From Octopus sinensis (taxonomy: Eukaryota), in contig NW_021832249.1 of the NCBI RefSeq assembly GCF_006345805.1, positions 1 through 61,815 on the forward strand: a stretch of DNA of 61,815 nucleotides. The letters run 5' to 3'. The notes beneath the pieces were generated by a model. That model did not search any database, was not told the origin of the DNA, and saw only the letters and a list, made by a program, of their open reading frames with translations. Below, in pieces: positions 36,741 through 50,945 of the stretch; positions within the stretch are counted from its first letter, which is position 1; each line of letters starts with the position of its first letter. The position numbers were made by a program, and so were the translations under genes.

Positions 36741-37637
36741 AAAGAAAGATCAAATTAAAGGGTATAAAGAAAATTAAAATCAACAGATTCTATACAATAA
36801 TACTGTCTTTTATAAAAACCAAATCAAAAGATGTACTAATCACTGTTAGTAGTGTTTATCGGCATTCATTGATGCCTTCAAATCGACTCCTTTGGTATAA
36901 GAGAAGATTCAAAGAGCCAACAAACACAACAATAATGAATAGTGAAAATAAACAGAAAATAGATAAATAGAATGTAAAAACGTTCATGATAATGCAAATA
37001 TTGTGTACAAATTCAATTTTAATAAATACAAAATTTTCTAGTGCATCACAAGAAAAACAAATAATAATAAACGTGCAAACACGCTGGTATAATTTAGTGT
37101 TTATATATCAATTATTTTTTTAATTCTAATTAATTATAAAGTATAGTCTAATTGATTTTTGTTGATTTCAACAAGTTCACCTTTAGTAATTTTAAGAAAA
37201 ACCACTTCTGAAATATATATTTGATCTATAATACTTATTATTTTTCCAAATTGGAAAACTTAAATTTTATTTTTTTATTTTTAACGCCCACGATTGCATA
37301 GCAAACCCAGCACAAACAATCACAACTAATTAATCGAATGAAGAAGAGGGAAAGAAGGAACTGTTTGTGTCGATCAGCATTAGCCCCCAAATCATTAATA
37401 CAGTCTTCCGGATTCTGAAATTTAGTCCGGAAAAAAACTGCATCCTCACGGAGGTCTACAGATCCAGTCCTTTTTTGATATTTAGTGTGGAGAACAACTC
37501 TTTGTTTACTTCGAAAGCTCAGGACTTGGTTAGGAAATTAATTAGTTTCTTTTTATTGATAAAAATTGATATAATCAGTGCCACAGTAAACACTGACTTT
37601 ATACTCACCATCATAACACAAATATAAATTATCATGT

Positions 37638-39645
37638 TGATTTTTGTTGAGGCTGGTCGCCAACTATTGTCTTCTATTACGGATCTATGCAACCGCCTTA
37701 TCGGGGGTGATTTACCTGACTTTGCACGGACGATTTTCTTTTCCGCTAATCTCACCGCCCTGGGGAAAAAAGATAATGGTGTTAGACCGATCGCCGTCGG
37801 CAATATTTTTCGCAGATTGGCCGGAAAGCTGATCTGCCACGCAGTAGTCCCCGAGTTGGCCCAAAAATTTCTGCCCACGCAATTGGGAGTTGGAATCAGC
37901 GGAGGTTGTGAGTCGGCCGCCCATGCTGTAAGGGAACTAATGGAGACTCCAGAAGAATTCATTGTGGTTAAACTGGACATCTCCAACGCATTTAATACAG
38001 TCAGAAGAGATTTTCTGTTGGAGTCCTGCTATGCTCTTGCCCCCTCGGCTTATCGTCTTGTCCATCTATCTTACTCTCAACCAAGTCTCCTCTTGTTCGG
38101 TGATTCCGTTATTGTATCTTCGACCGGTGTACAACAGGAAAATCCTCTTGGTCCTCTGTTATTTGCAATCTGCGTCAACTCCATCGCCCATTCTGTCCTT
38201 TCCCCTATAAACATCTGGTATCTTGATGATGCTACAATATGTAGACCACCATGCTTTGTCCTAGAGGACCTTCGCGTAATTATCCCTGCCCTCTCATCTA
38301 TTGGTCTTGAGATAAACTCTGCCAAATCCGAAGTTATAAATCTCAATATTCCACACTGAATTTTTGTCGAAACTATGGCCGTTCTGGAAGATATTTTAAA
38401 AGGCGTGCGGATCACCGATAAAAAAACCTCCTCATCCTTGGCTCCCCAATTGGTCGCGAGGCTTTGTCTCAAACTCTTATTGACAAGGCAGCTGTTCGGT
38501 CATGCATTATTCAAAGACTCTCTCTCATCGACGCCCACGTCGGGTTCTTTCTTCTCCGTAATTACTTTTCAACTCCGATTCGACCCTCTGGGTTGGATTC
38601 AATCCACCCTGCCTGTAACCCGCGGTGGGATTGGATTCCGTTCTCCCGTGTCTATTGCTCTTCCTGCTTTCCTTTCGTCAACGGCATCATCCCGTGTTTT
38701 CACTGACATTGTTCTCAGAAACTTTCCCGAACGAAAAATGTCAGTTGACCACGTGGTTGCTTTGGACCTGTGGGATTCATTGAACAACAAGAGACCCAGT
38801 TACCCGCGTATCCAAGCTCAATGGGACGCTATCTCATGCGAGGCTCTTGACGTACATCTACGCAAAAATTTCGATCAGCACAGACTTGCATGTCTCCGAG
38901 CAGGCTGCTGCACAGGGAGTGGGGCCTGGCTGGATGCTTTCCCTGTCCCTTCCACCGGTAACCTATTTGACAAGGATTGTCTACGAATTGGATTATCATT
39001 GCGCCTCGGAATGGAAATCTGCGAAATACATAAATGTCGTTGTGGTGCTGTTATTTACCGTTTCGGTCTACATCCCCTTTCCTGTCGTCGCAGTGCAGGG
39101 CGCGCACCACGCCATGCAGCACTTAACGACGTTATTCAGAAGGGGCTCACGGCCGCTGGAATTCCATCAATTCTTGAACCCATTGGGCTTGCGAGGGGAG
39201 ACTGAAAAAGACCCGACGGTCTATTGACTTTCCCGTTTGAGTTCGGCAAGTCTCTGATATGGGATGCGACGTGTTCAGACACTTTTTCGAAGCTTAATCT
39301 TCCTTCTTCAGCTGTCGAGGCTGACTCAGTCTCTCGCAAAACCGAGAAGATGAAGATCGGAAAGTACAAGGAGCTCTCTAAACAATATCTGTTCACTCCT
39401 ATCGCCGTCGAGACTTCCGGCGTCATCGGCGAAAAGTCTCGTTCCTTTTTGAAAAAGCTTGGCCGCATGATTTTCCACAAACGGGGAGACCCACGCAAGT
39501 CCAAGTGGCTTCTCGAAAGGATTTCCTTGGCTATAGTACGTGGCAACTGTGTTTCCATTTACGAGGCCCGGAATTTAGTTAGTTAATAACTATTTTATTC
39601 TCCAAACAGTTTATTGGTAAAAACAGCACATAATTTTTAATAAAA
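37638..39645 (+). mobile_element. CRE-like element, sister of 30630-33042, 5'-truncated and decayed
   Basis: Same motifs as 30630-33042; TSD AAATTATCATGT at 37626-37637 and 39646-39657. Confidence 0.9.
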
Positions 39646-39774
39646 AAATTATCATGTCAAGATAAGTCTTTTACTTTGTTAGATAAAAAAAGATAAGCAT
39701 TTTCTTTGTTGTTTATTTATTTTTTTATTTTTTACGCTTATTTTTTAAAACAAAATAACAAAAAATAACTAGAG

Positions 39775-42517
39775 CAGCGGTTCTTAACCTTTTTTAGACT
39801 GGGGACCATCTTAAATAATATATTTTTTGCTACTAGCGCATAGTTTTTGACTTCTTCAAATAAATGTTCGACTATTTATTATATAAAAATTATCAAAATA
39901 ACAAACAATTTAACAGTAATTCTGATCTTGTTTGTCCAGAATAATTTTACTTATGTTGGGCTCTATGTTCCATTAAGCTACTTGCATATCATTTTGTATT
40001 CGTAGTATACTTTGTTTTTAGAAAAGTCAGGCACGACATCGCCATTTCACAGTGATAAGTAGTTTGGAATGCAAGTATTGATTCCAATGCAGTTTTACTC
40101 AAAATGGGGAATTCTTGCACAATCTGACACCTAAAATTGGAAAATAATCTGAGCAGACTGATTACATTGAAGTTGAACCAAGCTCTTCTAAAAATTGAGT
40201 TTTTTATATTCTTTAAATGAAGTCAAGAAAGGTTGAACGATCCAGTTTGGAATTGGATCTCCAACTGGAAAATAACCATCAATTTTTTATTTGAGATTTT
40301 CAGGTGCTTGATTATTAGACTTAGAAAAAAATTATAAGGTGGATTGTATCCGAGATGATATTCAAGCATTGGGAACATTGATGTTATTTCTTTTTTTAAT
40401 TTCATTATCCATAATAATAACTTTTTCTTAAAAGCTATTATCATTTGATTAACCTCTACAATTGATATAAAGACCTTTAAATAAATTAACAAAAATGTTA
40501 CCCTGCATTTACAAATTAAACTCATTTAGAATGTTTAAAAAAACTCATTAACTCGGCCTAATCATGCTGCATATTATCGCGTAAAAACAAAGATATTGCA
40601 AGAAAAAGTTCACCAATTTTCGAAAGAATTTTCCCTATTGAAAGCCACCTGATTTTAGAATGGTAAAGTAGTATGGAATGATCAGTTTGCAACTTTTCAC
40701 AGAGTTTAGAAAATTCGATGATTCTGTGTACGAGATCGAATATAGTTCACAATAATGCTTAGTGTTAATCTTAACAACAAACACATAGTTTTTGAACAAA
40801 GTGCATATTTGTGCAATGTACAATGTTTTGTAACAATATCAGGAGCCAAATCCTTCATACGAGTAACAAGTCCAGATTGATGACAAATTATCGCAGGTGC
40901 ACGAGTACATATAGATTCAAATTTACCCCAGTGGATTTTATTTGTCTTCATAAAATTGTCAAAAAGATTAAAGATGTACTCTCCACAAGTGTGTCCATTC
41001 ATTTCCAAAAAAATAAAAACTCATAAATGACATTCACTTTATCAACAAAGCAAAGATAAGACACCACTGCATTTACTTTTATTGATTCGTTTAATTAATT
41101 CCTCCAGGATATTACATGAAAATTCTGAAATTCTACGAAAAATTGAATCGTTAGATCAGGGGTGCGCAAGCTTTTTGGGTTTGCGGCCGCATAACATTTT
41201 TTTTCCTTCTCTTCCACGGCCGCACATTTTCTGCATTATTTTTTCGATATTAATATAGTAATTTTTTTAATTATTAAAAGTGACCGCATAAGTTGCCCAT
41301 TGTCATCGAGACCGAATGAGTTCTTGGACAGGAAGTGCTCTCGTTCATCAGGGACATCATATTATTAAAATAAATAATTATTTCATGAACAAAAGATAAG
41401 AAAGAAAGAAAATTAATTAAAAGAAATGTATTATGAAAGTTATTCTAATGACGGCCAGGATCTTTGGTATTTTTTGCGAGCTTATTGAAATCCACTGGTA
41501 GGGTAGATATCATTATGCGCAAACATGACTCTAAGTTTGCATCCGTTATTCATCAAAATTAAATCATTTTTTAATTTCAATAATTCAATTTGAAATTCCA
41601 ATGGCGCATTCTCAATCGAAACAGTATGTGGTGCTGCAGTTAATTGAAGTTTGAGTTCAATTTTTTTAAATTCGTTAAATCGCTCTTTAAATTGTTTCAA
41701 AATATAATCGAATATAGTATTAAATATATTTGATGTAAGATCGTCATAATTAATTATTTTGTTATCAATGAGATTTTTGACTTTTTGAAAATGAAATAAT
41801 TCATTTTTTTCTATGTGAATCTTAAGTAGGCGGCATGTATCCATAAAATCGTTAATTTTTTATACATTCGACAAATTGTTTGGTCTTTACCTTGCAAAGA
41901 TATATTCAAATTATTGTATGTGAGTAAATCAACCAGAAATGCTAAGTCCAATAAGAAATTTTTTTATCCAAAGGACACTCTTTTTGCTTTGAAGAGTAAA
42001 AGTTTGATATTTCTTTTCGTAAATCAAGCACACGACATGATGTTTCACCTTGTGACAACTAGGACAACCAGGTGGTCTAAATGTCTTTGAAAATGTTGTT
42101 TAGCATTGTCCCGTTTTATAGTTTTAACAATCTCATGGCACAATAAGCATTGCATGCTATTGTTGTCTGTTTCGACTACGAAGTATTCACTTTCCCAGTT
42201 GATATTAAATTTTCTTTTTTCTTCATTCAAAGTACGTCGTCTTTTAACAGGTAATGACATAAATAAATTAAGCCGTTTATGATAATTACTTTTAATAAAG
42301 GTTAACCATTATATAAAAATAGAATTTTATTTAATATGAATATTTTTAATTATTATTTAGGGTTTTTCTTGATTAATTAACACTATGAGCATTATATTTA
42401 AGATTAGTTGCTCGATGACCTAATTGTGCCCACGGCCGCACATTCATCGACTAACGGCCGCACTTGCGCACCCCTGCGTTAGATAAAGGTATATCCTTAA
42501 GCTTGATAACTGTATAT
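39775..42517 (-). mobile_element. Decayed Buster/ZBED5-like hAT; 5' part missing; split by 41157-42476
   Basis: TIR CAGCGGTTCTTAACC at 39775; IPLSNDSIFRRISEF spans the nested insertion; HCTLHKYAL and NYIRSR motifs. Confidence 0.75.
41157..42476 (-). mobile_element. Internally deleted SPIN/GTF2IRD2-like hAT
   Basis: TIRs CAGGGGTGCGCAAG and CTTGCGCACCCCTG; exact TSD CGTTAGAT at 41149-41156 and 42477-42484; RKFNINWESEYF...CLLCHE N-terminus. Confidence 0.92.
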
Positions 42518-42859
42518 CAGTGGTTCTCAACCTGGGGTCCGCGAAAGATTCCAGGGGGTCCGCGAGATTTTTCTGAAACTTTATTTAAATGTTTCTATTT
42601 AATGATAACAATTTTAAATTAATATATAATAGAATTAAATCATAATTAATAATATCTCTTTTAGATATATTATAAATTAATATATTTTAATATTCAATAA
42701 TACTGAGGGGGCTAAATAAATTAATATATTTTAATATTCAATAATACTGAGGAGGCTAAATTACTTTAAAGCTAAATGTAACTCAATTATTTATAAAAAT
42801 CGTATATATATATTTATTTTTTAGTAAAAGTTAATAAAATTTTTAAGCACGCTATTGAT

Positions 42860-45736
42860 ATGAATTCCTCGAATGTTATTAAGATACGCAAATATAATCC
42901 TGATTATATAAAATATGGGTTTATTTGTAATGATAAAGATGGATTTGAAAGCTCAAAATGTGTTGTGTGCATGAAAATTCTGTCACACAATAGCATGAAA
43001 CCAACAACTCTTGTGAGACACTTGCGCACATGTCATCCCAATCTAATCCACAAAAATAAGAATTATTTTATTTCTTTGCGTAAAATGATGAAAAATCAAG
43101 TATTGACTCGTTTCATACAAAATTTGCCTTCTGATAATTCCATGCTATAGCATCTTACATGATTTTATTACGTATAGCGAAAGAAAAGAAACCTCATAAT
43201 ATTGCAGAAAAACTGATTTTTCCTTGTTGTAAAGACATAGTACGTACTCTTATTGGCACTCATGCTGAAAATATGATTTCGGAAATACCAATATCGAATG
43301 ATACTGTTCATCGACGAATTTCTGAAATGTCAGAAAATATTAAGTGTCAGGTTATTGATATTATATTATTTATTTTAACAGGTGGTAGAACAAATAAAAA
43401 CTTCATGCCATCAAAATTTCGCTATACAAGTTGATGAATCCACCGATTTAGCGAACTGTGCTCAATTAATAATATTTGCTCGTTATGTCTATGACGGAGA
43501 TTTTAAAGAGGAATTTTTATTTTCCTATTCGCTTGAATCGACCACTAAAGGAGAAGATATTTTTCAAGCAATTTCTATGTTTTTTGACAGTGTTGGGTTA
43601 TCTTGGAATAATGTATGTTGTTGCACAACCGATGGAGCTCCAACAATGCTTGGCTTTCATTCTGGCTTTAGAGGCCAAGTTAGACTTGCTAACCAGTAAA
43701 CGAAACATATGCATTGTATGCTACATCGATATGCACTTGCTGCAAAACATTACCTTCAGATTTAAGATATGTTCTCGATGATGTCGTACATATCATAAAT
43801 TATATTAAAAAGAGTGCTTTAAATTCGCGCATTTTCAGACTTATTTGCGAAGAATTTGAAAAGGATGGAAAGGCTTTGTTATTCCACACTGAGGTGAGAT
43901 GGCTATCTCGGGGAAACATTCTTGCCAGAGTTTTTTCTTTGAGGAATGAATTATCTGAATATTTTATGTGACCGGTTTCTGAGCGGACCCGGTTTTTGGA
44001 AGGACCAGGTGCGTATATTAAAATAAACAATGGATAAAATAATTTATTTTCATTAGAAAATAAAAATTGGTTTTATTTTTTATTATATTATTGTAATAAT
44101 TAATTAATTAAATTCATTATAAAAAATGGGTTTCGTTGTACTTTCAAAAGCAAATCTTCAAAAAATTAAAAAAATCAAAGAGTTGAGGGATCTAGATGAA
44201 GTGATTGAAAAAAGAGAAAAGCATAGATTTAGTCAAAGAGATTAATGGCAACAAAACCTCCTATTAGGCCAATCATTGCGAGAGGCCCGCGTGATAGATA
44301 CATAGCCAATCTCATTGACTTAAGGAGATATTCGGAATTAAACGATTCAAATTCATGGGTATTATCATTGTTATATTTTAAATTCTTGTTGTCATTGATT
44401 CGTTTTCAAAGTATGCAGCTGTTGAATTATCTAAAACTAAGACAGCAAAAGAAATATCTAGTCTCTTCAGAAATATTTTCTATATTATTGGAAAATAACT
44501 ACAACTATTCTTTAGAAGATGAAAATGGAAATGTCCATAAGAATATTAATATTTCTAGAATAAAAAAGTTTAACTAAATTTTAAAATTCTCTAAGTGAAG
44601 AGATACCGCAGCCGTAGGCCGCATAGGGGACTAGTTGAATTTTTATATCAAACCTTGTGGGTTAGAATAGTTTTTTATTGACAGTTATTTTAAGATTTGA
44701 TTTTTAAAATATTTAGGTTTAAAATCATTAAATAAAAATATAATGTTTTTTAATATTTTACATAAAAATCAAATAAAATTACTTATTTAAAATTTAAAAA
44801 GCACTTTTGAAGGGTATGTTGGTTTTGTGAGCAACGATAAAATCAGAAACAGCTTAAGAAATTATTTAAACATGGTCTAATTTATTGTATAACTATTTTC
44901 AGGATAAAATAAAACGATTTATACAATTTTTTATGTGGTCCTTCCAAAAACCGGGTCCGCTCTAAAACCGGTGACATTTTATTCGCGAAAACAATTCCAA
45001 ATCATCTGAATTTATTTCGAAATTAATGGATAGTTCATGGCTATCTAAACTTGCTTACTTGAGAGATGTCTTCTCTCGTATAAATTCACTCAACAAATCG
45101 CTTCAGGGAAGACATGAAACAATAATTGATTTTGTGGATAAAATTAAGTTTGTTAACTGTTTCATATTAATTATTAGTGCTTTTTTGATGAAGTTAACAC
45201 TGTGGAAAGAAAAAGTAAAACTAAATAAATTTACTATGTTTGAATCTTTTGAAGAACAATCTGTAAATATAGATGCATTTGAAATCAAAAAAATAACCGA
45301 ACTTATTTATGCACATTTAACATATCTTCAACAAGAAGTAAATAAATACTTTCCAGAATTGAACGAAATTGATTTGAAATTCATTCGTACACCATTCAGT
45401 GTTGATCCACGTTTGGTCGATGAAAATATCGAAGAGGCTTTTGTTGACATGATCAATAATTCAAACGCAAAAGATTTGTATGAAAAACTTGCTTTATCAA
45501 GATTTTGGTGCGAAATGTGTGAGCATTATCCTTCCGTAAGCGCAAGTGCATTAAATTTGTTGCTTATATTCCCGACAACATATTTATGCGAACATGGCTT
45601 CTCAGCACTTCTCAATATAAAAAATAATCATCGCGCAAGACTGAATATTGAAGATGACATCAGAGTTTGCTTGTCGACAACCGAGCCTCTTATCGAAAAA
45701 ATTGCCTCGAAAAAACAATATCAACATTCTCATTAA
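42860..45736 (+). pseudogene. Buster-type hAT transposase with two tiny introns, a nonsense codon or frameshift, and a nested Ginger-like insertion
   Basis: BED-like CVVC...RHL...H, DESTD, TDGAP, HCMLH, EVRWLS and PTTYLCEHGFS; introns at 43351-43381 and 45148-45177. Confidence 0.88.
43967..44976 (+). mobile_element. Internally deleted Ginger2/TDD-like element
   Basis: 41-bp TIRs TGTGACCGGTTTCTGAGCGGACCCGGTTTTTGGAAGGACCA; 5-bp TSD TTTTA; removal restores the frame SEYF-IRENN; MATKP...DLRRY...DSFSKY...NINISRIKKF. Confidence 0.88.
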
Positions 45737-46599
45737 TTTTCTCTATTGATTTAATAATAAATTTTGTTTTTAGATAAGTAAAATTTTTTTGACAAAAAAC
45801 TTAATAAATATGTAGGGGTCCGCGAAATTTTTCATTTACTCACAAGAGGTCCGGGGACAAAAAAGGTTGAGAACCACTGCATTATGGTGTTGCGAAGTCC
45901 GGGCCCTCGGGGCGGTTGGAGATTTACAAATTACATTTGCGACTTGGATCAAATCAATTGTAGCGTTAGTCGAACATACAAGAATAGTTAGTAGAATATT
46001 CTAACCCCAACAAACTTCTAACAACAACGTGATTCATACAAAATGGCGCATGCTTTTGAATTTGTTAAGATCGCTGACTTTGCTGAAACCTTTACCTTTA
46101 AATGGCTCCGCTCTAGCCACTTAGTAAAAGCAAAGAAAAAACAAGACTCCTAAATATCAAAAATTCACAACAATTCAAAACACATTGGATTCGTATTTGA
46201 CCATTTATTCTTTCACGTTTTTCGTTTTTTTGTTACGCTTGACTCTTCTTTTAAAACACTTTAATCCGATCGATTAAATTGGAGAGAGTTAAATTGATGG
46301 TTATATATTTTAGTGGTACACTATAATAAGCGCATTCCATCAAATCTGGTTCCAACATTAAGATTCGATTCAAAGATGACACTCCTCTCCAATATATTTT
46401 CACTGCAAAAAAGATACATTCATTTAGACTCTAAATGAGTCTCTGAGTCTTAGACTCTCTAAATTTTAGAGCATAAATCAGATTGCAAACTATTGATTAG
46501 TGTCAATACTAGACATACATAATTGAAATCTGGCTCGCCCCGCATATCTATCCTCTTTGAACTCCAGCCAACTGCTGATCAGGATGATTCTCCAACTCC

Positions 46600-47270
46600 A
46601 AACTGAATCATCTGAAATCACAGAGATGGAGAGAGGGATGATGCCTGAGCAGAAAAATCGTTACAAGACCATTTGCGAGGATAAATACGAGAGGCTTCTG
46701 AACCAATCAAACCAACACAGACGTGCCTGTCTGGTGACTGGAAGATGCGAATCGAGTGGAGCTTGGATCAATGCACTCCCCGTTGATAGTGTCGGAACTC
46801 ACCTTGACGACGATACTGTCCGCATTGGCATCAGACTTGGACTGGAGATTTGCCGGACTCATAAATGCCGGTGTGGGGCCACCGTCGATTGTTATGGACA
46901 CCATGCTCTCTCTTGTCGAAGAAGTGCAGGACGATTTCCAAGACACAAGGCGATCAACGAAATTGTCAAGCGAGCCCTGGAGTCTGCAGGATACCCAGCC
47001 GTACTTGAACCGGTCGGGTTTGATCGAGGAGATGGAAAACGTCCTTATGGGATCACAATTTTCCCATTTGAAGAGGGGAAACCCCTAGTCTGGGACGCAA
47101 CCTGTGTGGACACTCTCTGCCCGTCCAACATTGCCGGGAGCGCAGTGGACAGACTGTATGCCGCGGAAAAAACGATGAGGGCGAAGGAGAGGAAATATGA
47201 AGCGCTGCGAGATCGATTCGTGTTCTGTCCGATTGTGGTCGAGACAACTGGAGGAGTGGCACTCGCTCTA
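46600..47270 (+). pseudogene. 3' fragment (zinc finger + RLE) of another CRE-like family
   Basis: SSGAWINALP...CRCG...HALSC...GKPLVWDATC...VVETTGG. Confidence 0.85.
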
Positions 47271-47989
47271 CTTATTACAAATAGGAGTGGCACTCGAATA
47301 TTAAAAAGAAGCACTTATGGAAGAAATTAAGAATTTTTTAATGAAAACAGAGGAAAAAATAAATAGTCTTGAAGAGTGGGCGTGCAGAAAATACACTGGG
47401 TCAAATTAGTCATAATTGTTTTTATTTATTTTTCAAAAAAGATAAAAGTGCACATAGTTTTTTTACATCATAGATCATAAAAAATTAAGTTTATTAATAA
47501 AAAGAAATTAATTAATTAAGTAATTTTCTAAGTCCAGAGCCTTCGAAGTGAGCAGAGGATGACACTTCACGCACCTCTCTCCCTTCAAAAAAATTACAAA
47601 ATTATTTTAATTGATAGAAAAAGTTTTCATTTATTCTCAAGAGCTGGAATATTAAGTGCCGATGAGTTTTGAAAATCCGGGTGAGATGTCGAGCTTCCTA
47701 GCGTTTATTTGGCCGCACCACGATACGAAAGTGTAATTTAATTGTAACGTTTTATTAATCACATAAAAAGTATCAGTTTATCCTAATCTAAGGATTTCAA
47801 TCTTGTATTTTCACACATAAATGAGAGGTAACGGATTATCTTCATTAGGATGTCAAACTTCGTAGAGAAGTTAGGTACGCTTGCAGCGAAAATGTGGGTC
47901 TCTTGACGCAGAAGATCTTTTGAAATTTCTTCGAAGAGCTCTAAAAAGTCATATCGCAATCTTGCATACAAAATATGCACCATTGCTAT

Positions 47990-48270
47990 CTGCCTTGACG
48001 TCTCTAATGCATTTGACAACGTATGGCATTTGGAACTCCTAGAAAATGTCGCCAAAATCGGTCAGGTGGCTGGGGAGCTATCTATCGACAAGACAGTCGT
48101 AGATAAGATTTAGAAGCCGAATGTCGGAACCGTAGATCTCAGAATAGGAGTACCTCAAGGCTCGGTCTTGAGCCCTCTTTCTTCAATATCTACATTGCCA
48201 ACATTCCAAATAATCCCAGCAGTCGTCTTATGATCTACGCGGACGACATACTAATAACGGACACTATGTA
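47990..48270 (+). pseudogene. Jockey/I-like RT fragment
   Basis: LDVSNAFDNVWH, GVPQGSVLSP and IYADDILI. Confidence 0.75.
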
Positions 48271-48499
48271 GAGAGAAGACATTTTTTGGAGGAAATAATT
48301 GAGAACCTAAAATACCTTGGAGTTAAAGTTGGGGCCAAGGGTTCTTACTTAATATACATCGATTTGAGGAGGAAATGCGCTCAAATTCTTATGAGCATAA
48401 TTTACCTCCACCTTAGTCCGAAAACGTTTTTATTTGTTTATAAAATGTGCATCGAGCTTCATTTGAGAAAGAACATTGACAAATATAACAATAAGGCTG

Positions 48500-48830
48500 T
48501 TTTGTATCTTCAGTACTTTGAATAAACGCATGGGTACCCATGGGAGAGGTTGGAGGAACATGTCTGGGACAACTATGGCCAACTTCGCGATCAAAAAAAC
48601 AATTATTCATTTGCAACACAGCATTCCAACACGCTGCAAGGCATATCACGACCTGGATCGGAGAGCGCAGAAACTCAGATGGACATTCAATCAAAATATA
48701 CAACAAAATTGACTACATACTTTCTTGACAATCACAGAAAGCTTTACTCTGTGACGCCAGAACAATCACAGAAAGCTCGAGGAACGTTAACATCCTGTGA
48801 CCATAAACTATTGGAATTCGCAGCGTAATT
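48500..48830 (+). pseudogene. RTE-type apurinic-like endonuclease fragment
   Basis: FICNTAFQHAARHITTW...IYNKIDYIL. Confidence 0.75.
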
Positions 48831-48899
48831 TGTCCCAGCTCTGTTGGAGTGATGTTTGGATCGGGAATTTTAATCCTGATTCCTTCCACAGCATACATC

Positions 48900-50130
48900 C
48901 ATCTTCAAAAGGCCTGTCCAAAGAAGATTCGGGGGATTTATGTAGAATCTCCAAGGATAGCCTTCGGCAGGATGAGTGAGAGGACAGGAAAGCTGGGAGG
49001 GCAAGGTCCAGGGCGGATCTTAGACCAGCTCCGCCAGAATTAAGAGGTAGTTTACACTGGGTCCACCCATCATTATCGAAACGGACATTTAGGATCCACT
49101 CGGCACACAATCTTAACGTATCATCGATAGAATGCAATATTTCATCTTGTATAAAGCAGGGCGAGCATCTCAATAAATATAACAGTTTGGGCACGTGGAT
49201 GCAATTTTTGAGGAGGAAAAAGGCCGTGTGGGAGTCAAGTGGAGAGAGGCGTTCAGTAAAACGGGACATTTCGACACTCTTAGCTCTGAGGTGGTTTTGC
49301 ACTTCGGACTCTCCGAAAGGACACCCAAGAAAATAAACATCGTTGAGGCGTGTTTGTTTTGTGTCTGGCAAGATTTCTGAAATCTTTTCCATTACTAAGC
49401 CAAAGTCTTGAGTTGGGACTGAGATATTTATGATCTCAGTTTTTTTGGTGTTGATTATCAGCCCCATTTTTGCCAGGGCAGGAACAATTTTATATAACTC
49501 ATCCAAGACGACATCAACAGGGCCACCAATAGTGGCATCGTCAAGGTACCAAAGGTTGAGAGGTGTCTTTACATTACGAGCCACCTCGTCGATTGACAGA
49601 GCGAATAGTAAGGGCCCAAGAGGGTCACCTTGTTGGACTCCAGTCCGTAAACGGACAATGTGTTTGTCAAAGACAAGCGAACTTTCGGACCCGTAAGCAA
49701 GGTGAGCCAGACTCATGATCTCTGGGGTACGCTGCGAGCACGATTCCAGCATACAGTCCCTTCTCAGACTGTTGAACGCGTTTGAGATATCCAGCTTCAC
49801 CGCAAAGGAATTTGGGGAATGTCTTGTGTCAGGTGAAAAAAAAGCTCTTGTCGCGTGGACAGCAGCTTCACATCCGTTGGAAACACCAACTCCCAGTTGG
49901 ATTGGAGATAATTCAGCGGCAACACGGGGACAGACTCTTCGGGCTGCAATTTTGCATGCGAGCCTCCGGAAGACATTACCGACTGCAATGGGGCGGACTC
50001 CTCCATCGTTCTTTCGGAAAACAATAAGGTGTGAACAGAAAAGTAGATCCCTTGCAAAGCCTGAAATCTCAGCATTGACAATCCGTTCGACAAGCTTAAA
50101 GACTAAATCGATAATTATGAGTATCATTCC
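48900..50130 (-). pseudogene. CRE-like RT fragment, another family
   Basis: Open ~410 aa: FRKNDGGVRPIAVG, LDISNAFN, QQGDPLGP, WYLDD, LNSGGAGLRSA; RLE absent. Confidence 0.88.
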
Positions 50131-50259
50131 AGGCCGCACAAAAAATATTTTATTTGATCAAAAAAGGCTTTATTAGTTAATAAGAGAATCAATGTGAGAC
50201 TTGATTTTGCCTGGCGTCTACTATTTTATTGAAAAGAGGGGTAAAGTTCAAAGACAAAG

Positions 50260-50760
50260 TTCGTAAAGTTGAATTAGGTGTTCACTAGTTAATCGATTTC
50301 GATACTTACTTTTTATTCGCATAAGTTTACTGAAAATATCTACACATCATACGTTTTTCCAATGACTGATGCATTTTTTAGCATTATCGACCAAGTTCGG
50401 ATATTTTCATTCTTGAATTTGACTCCAAAAATCCAATAGTTTACTTAAATTAAATAGCGCTGTAAATCTGCCTCAATTTAAATTAGCTCCAGCTCATACA
50501 TGAATCGGTTGCAGTATTTGTTCCCATAGGTGACGGAAATATTTTCATAATATGTAGAGCTTCTTTAAAATCATTCAAACGTGTTTCAAATTCATCGATT
50601 AAATCACTAATAACAGAGATATGTTTTTCGATTGAGTTCCCTTTTTTTTAATGATATCAAAACTTTCTTGACACTTTTTTACTTGCCCAAGACGATCCAC
50701 CGTCTCTATTTGATGAGAATGCCCGTCATATCAACATTCCACTCAGGAAAGTTTTAATAA
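50260..50760 (-). pseudogene. hAT (SPIN-like) transposase remnant
   Basis: EFETRLNDFK...ELELI.IEADLQ...NLCE. Confidence 0.45.
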
Positions 50761-50834
50761 CTGACTAATCAGGCAATACATACTTTCATCATTTATTTTT
50801 TAAAAAGTGTTAATAAATATTTAATTAGCAGCAG

Positions 50835-50945
50835 AGGATAAGATGAATGGCAATTCCCACGCAAGATCACTATTGATACGCGTTGGAATAGCCATTTCCG
50901 TTCCCGATGATAATTTCCTGCCCCGTCGCGCTCGCAGATCGAGCT
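50835..50945 (-). pseudogene. Very short CRE-like 3' remnant
   Basis: RERKWLFQRVSIVILRGNC. Confidence 0.6.

Larger units (their letters stand above)
42518..45879 (+). mobile_element. Near-complete Buster/ZBED5-like hAT transposon
   Basis: TIRs CAGTGGTTCTCAACC and GGTTGAGAACCACTG; flanking 8-mers both have a central TA but differ (CTGTATAT vs CATTATGG). Confidence 0.9.

Noticed and set aside
45889-45915. TGTTGCGAAG... as an LTR or Ginger terminus
   Set aside because: No second copy, no primer-binding site, and the flank does not fit TWWWA
46401-46480. CACTGCAAAAAA with TAGACTCT repeats as a CACTA terminus
   Set aside because: No mate TIR, TSD or transposase was found
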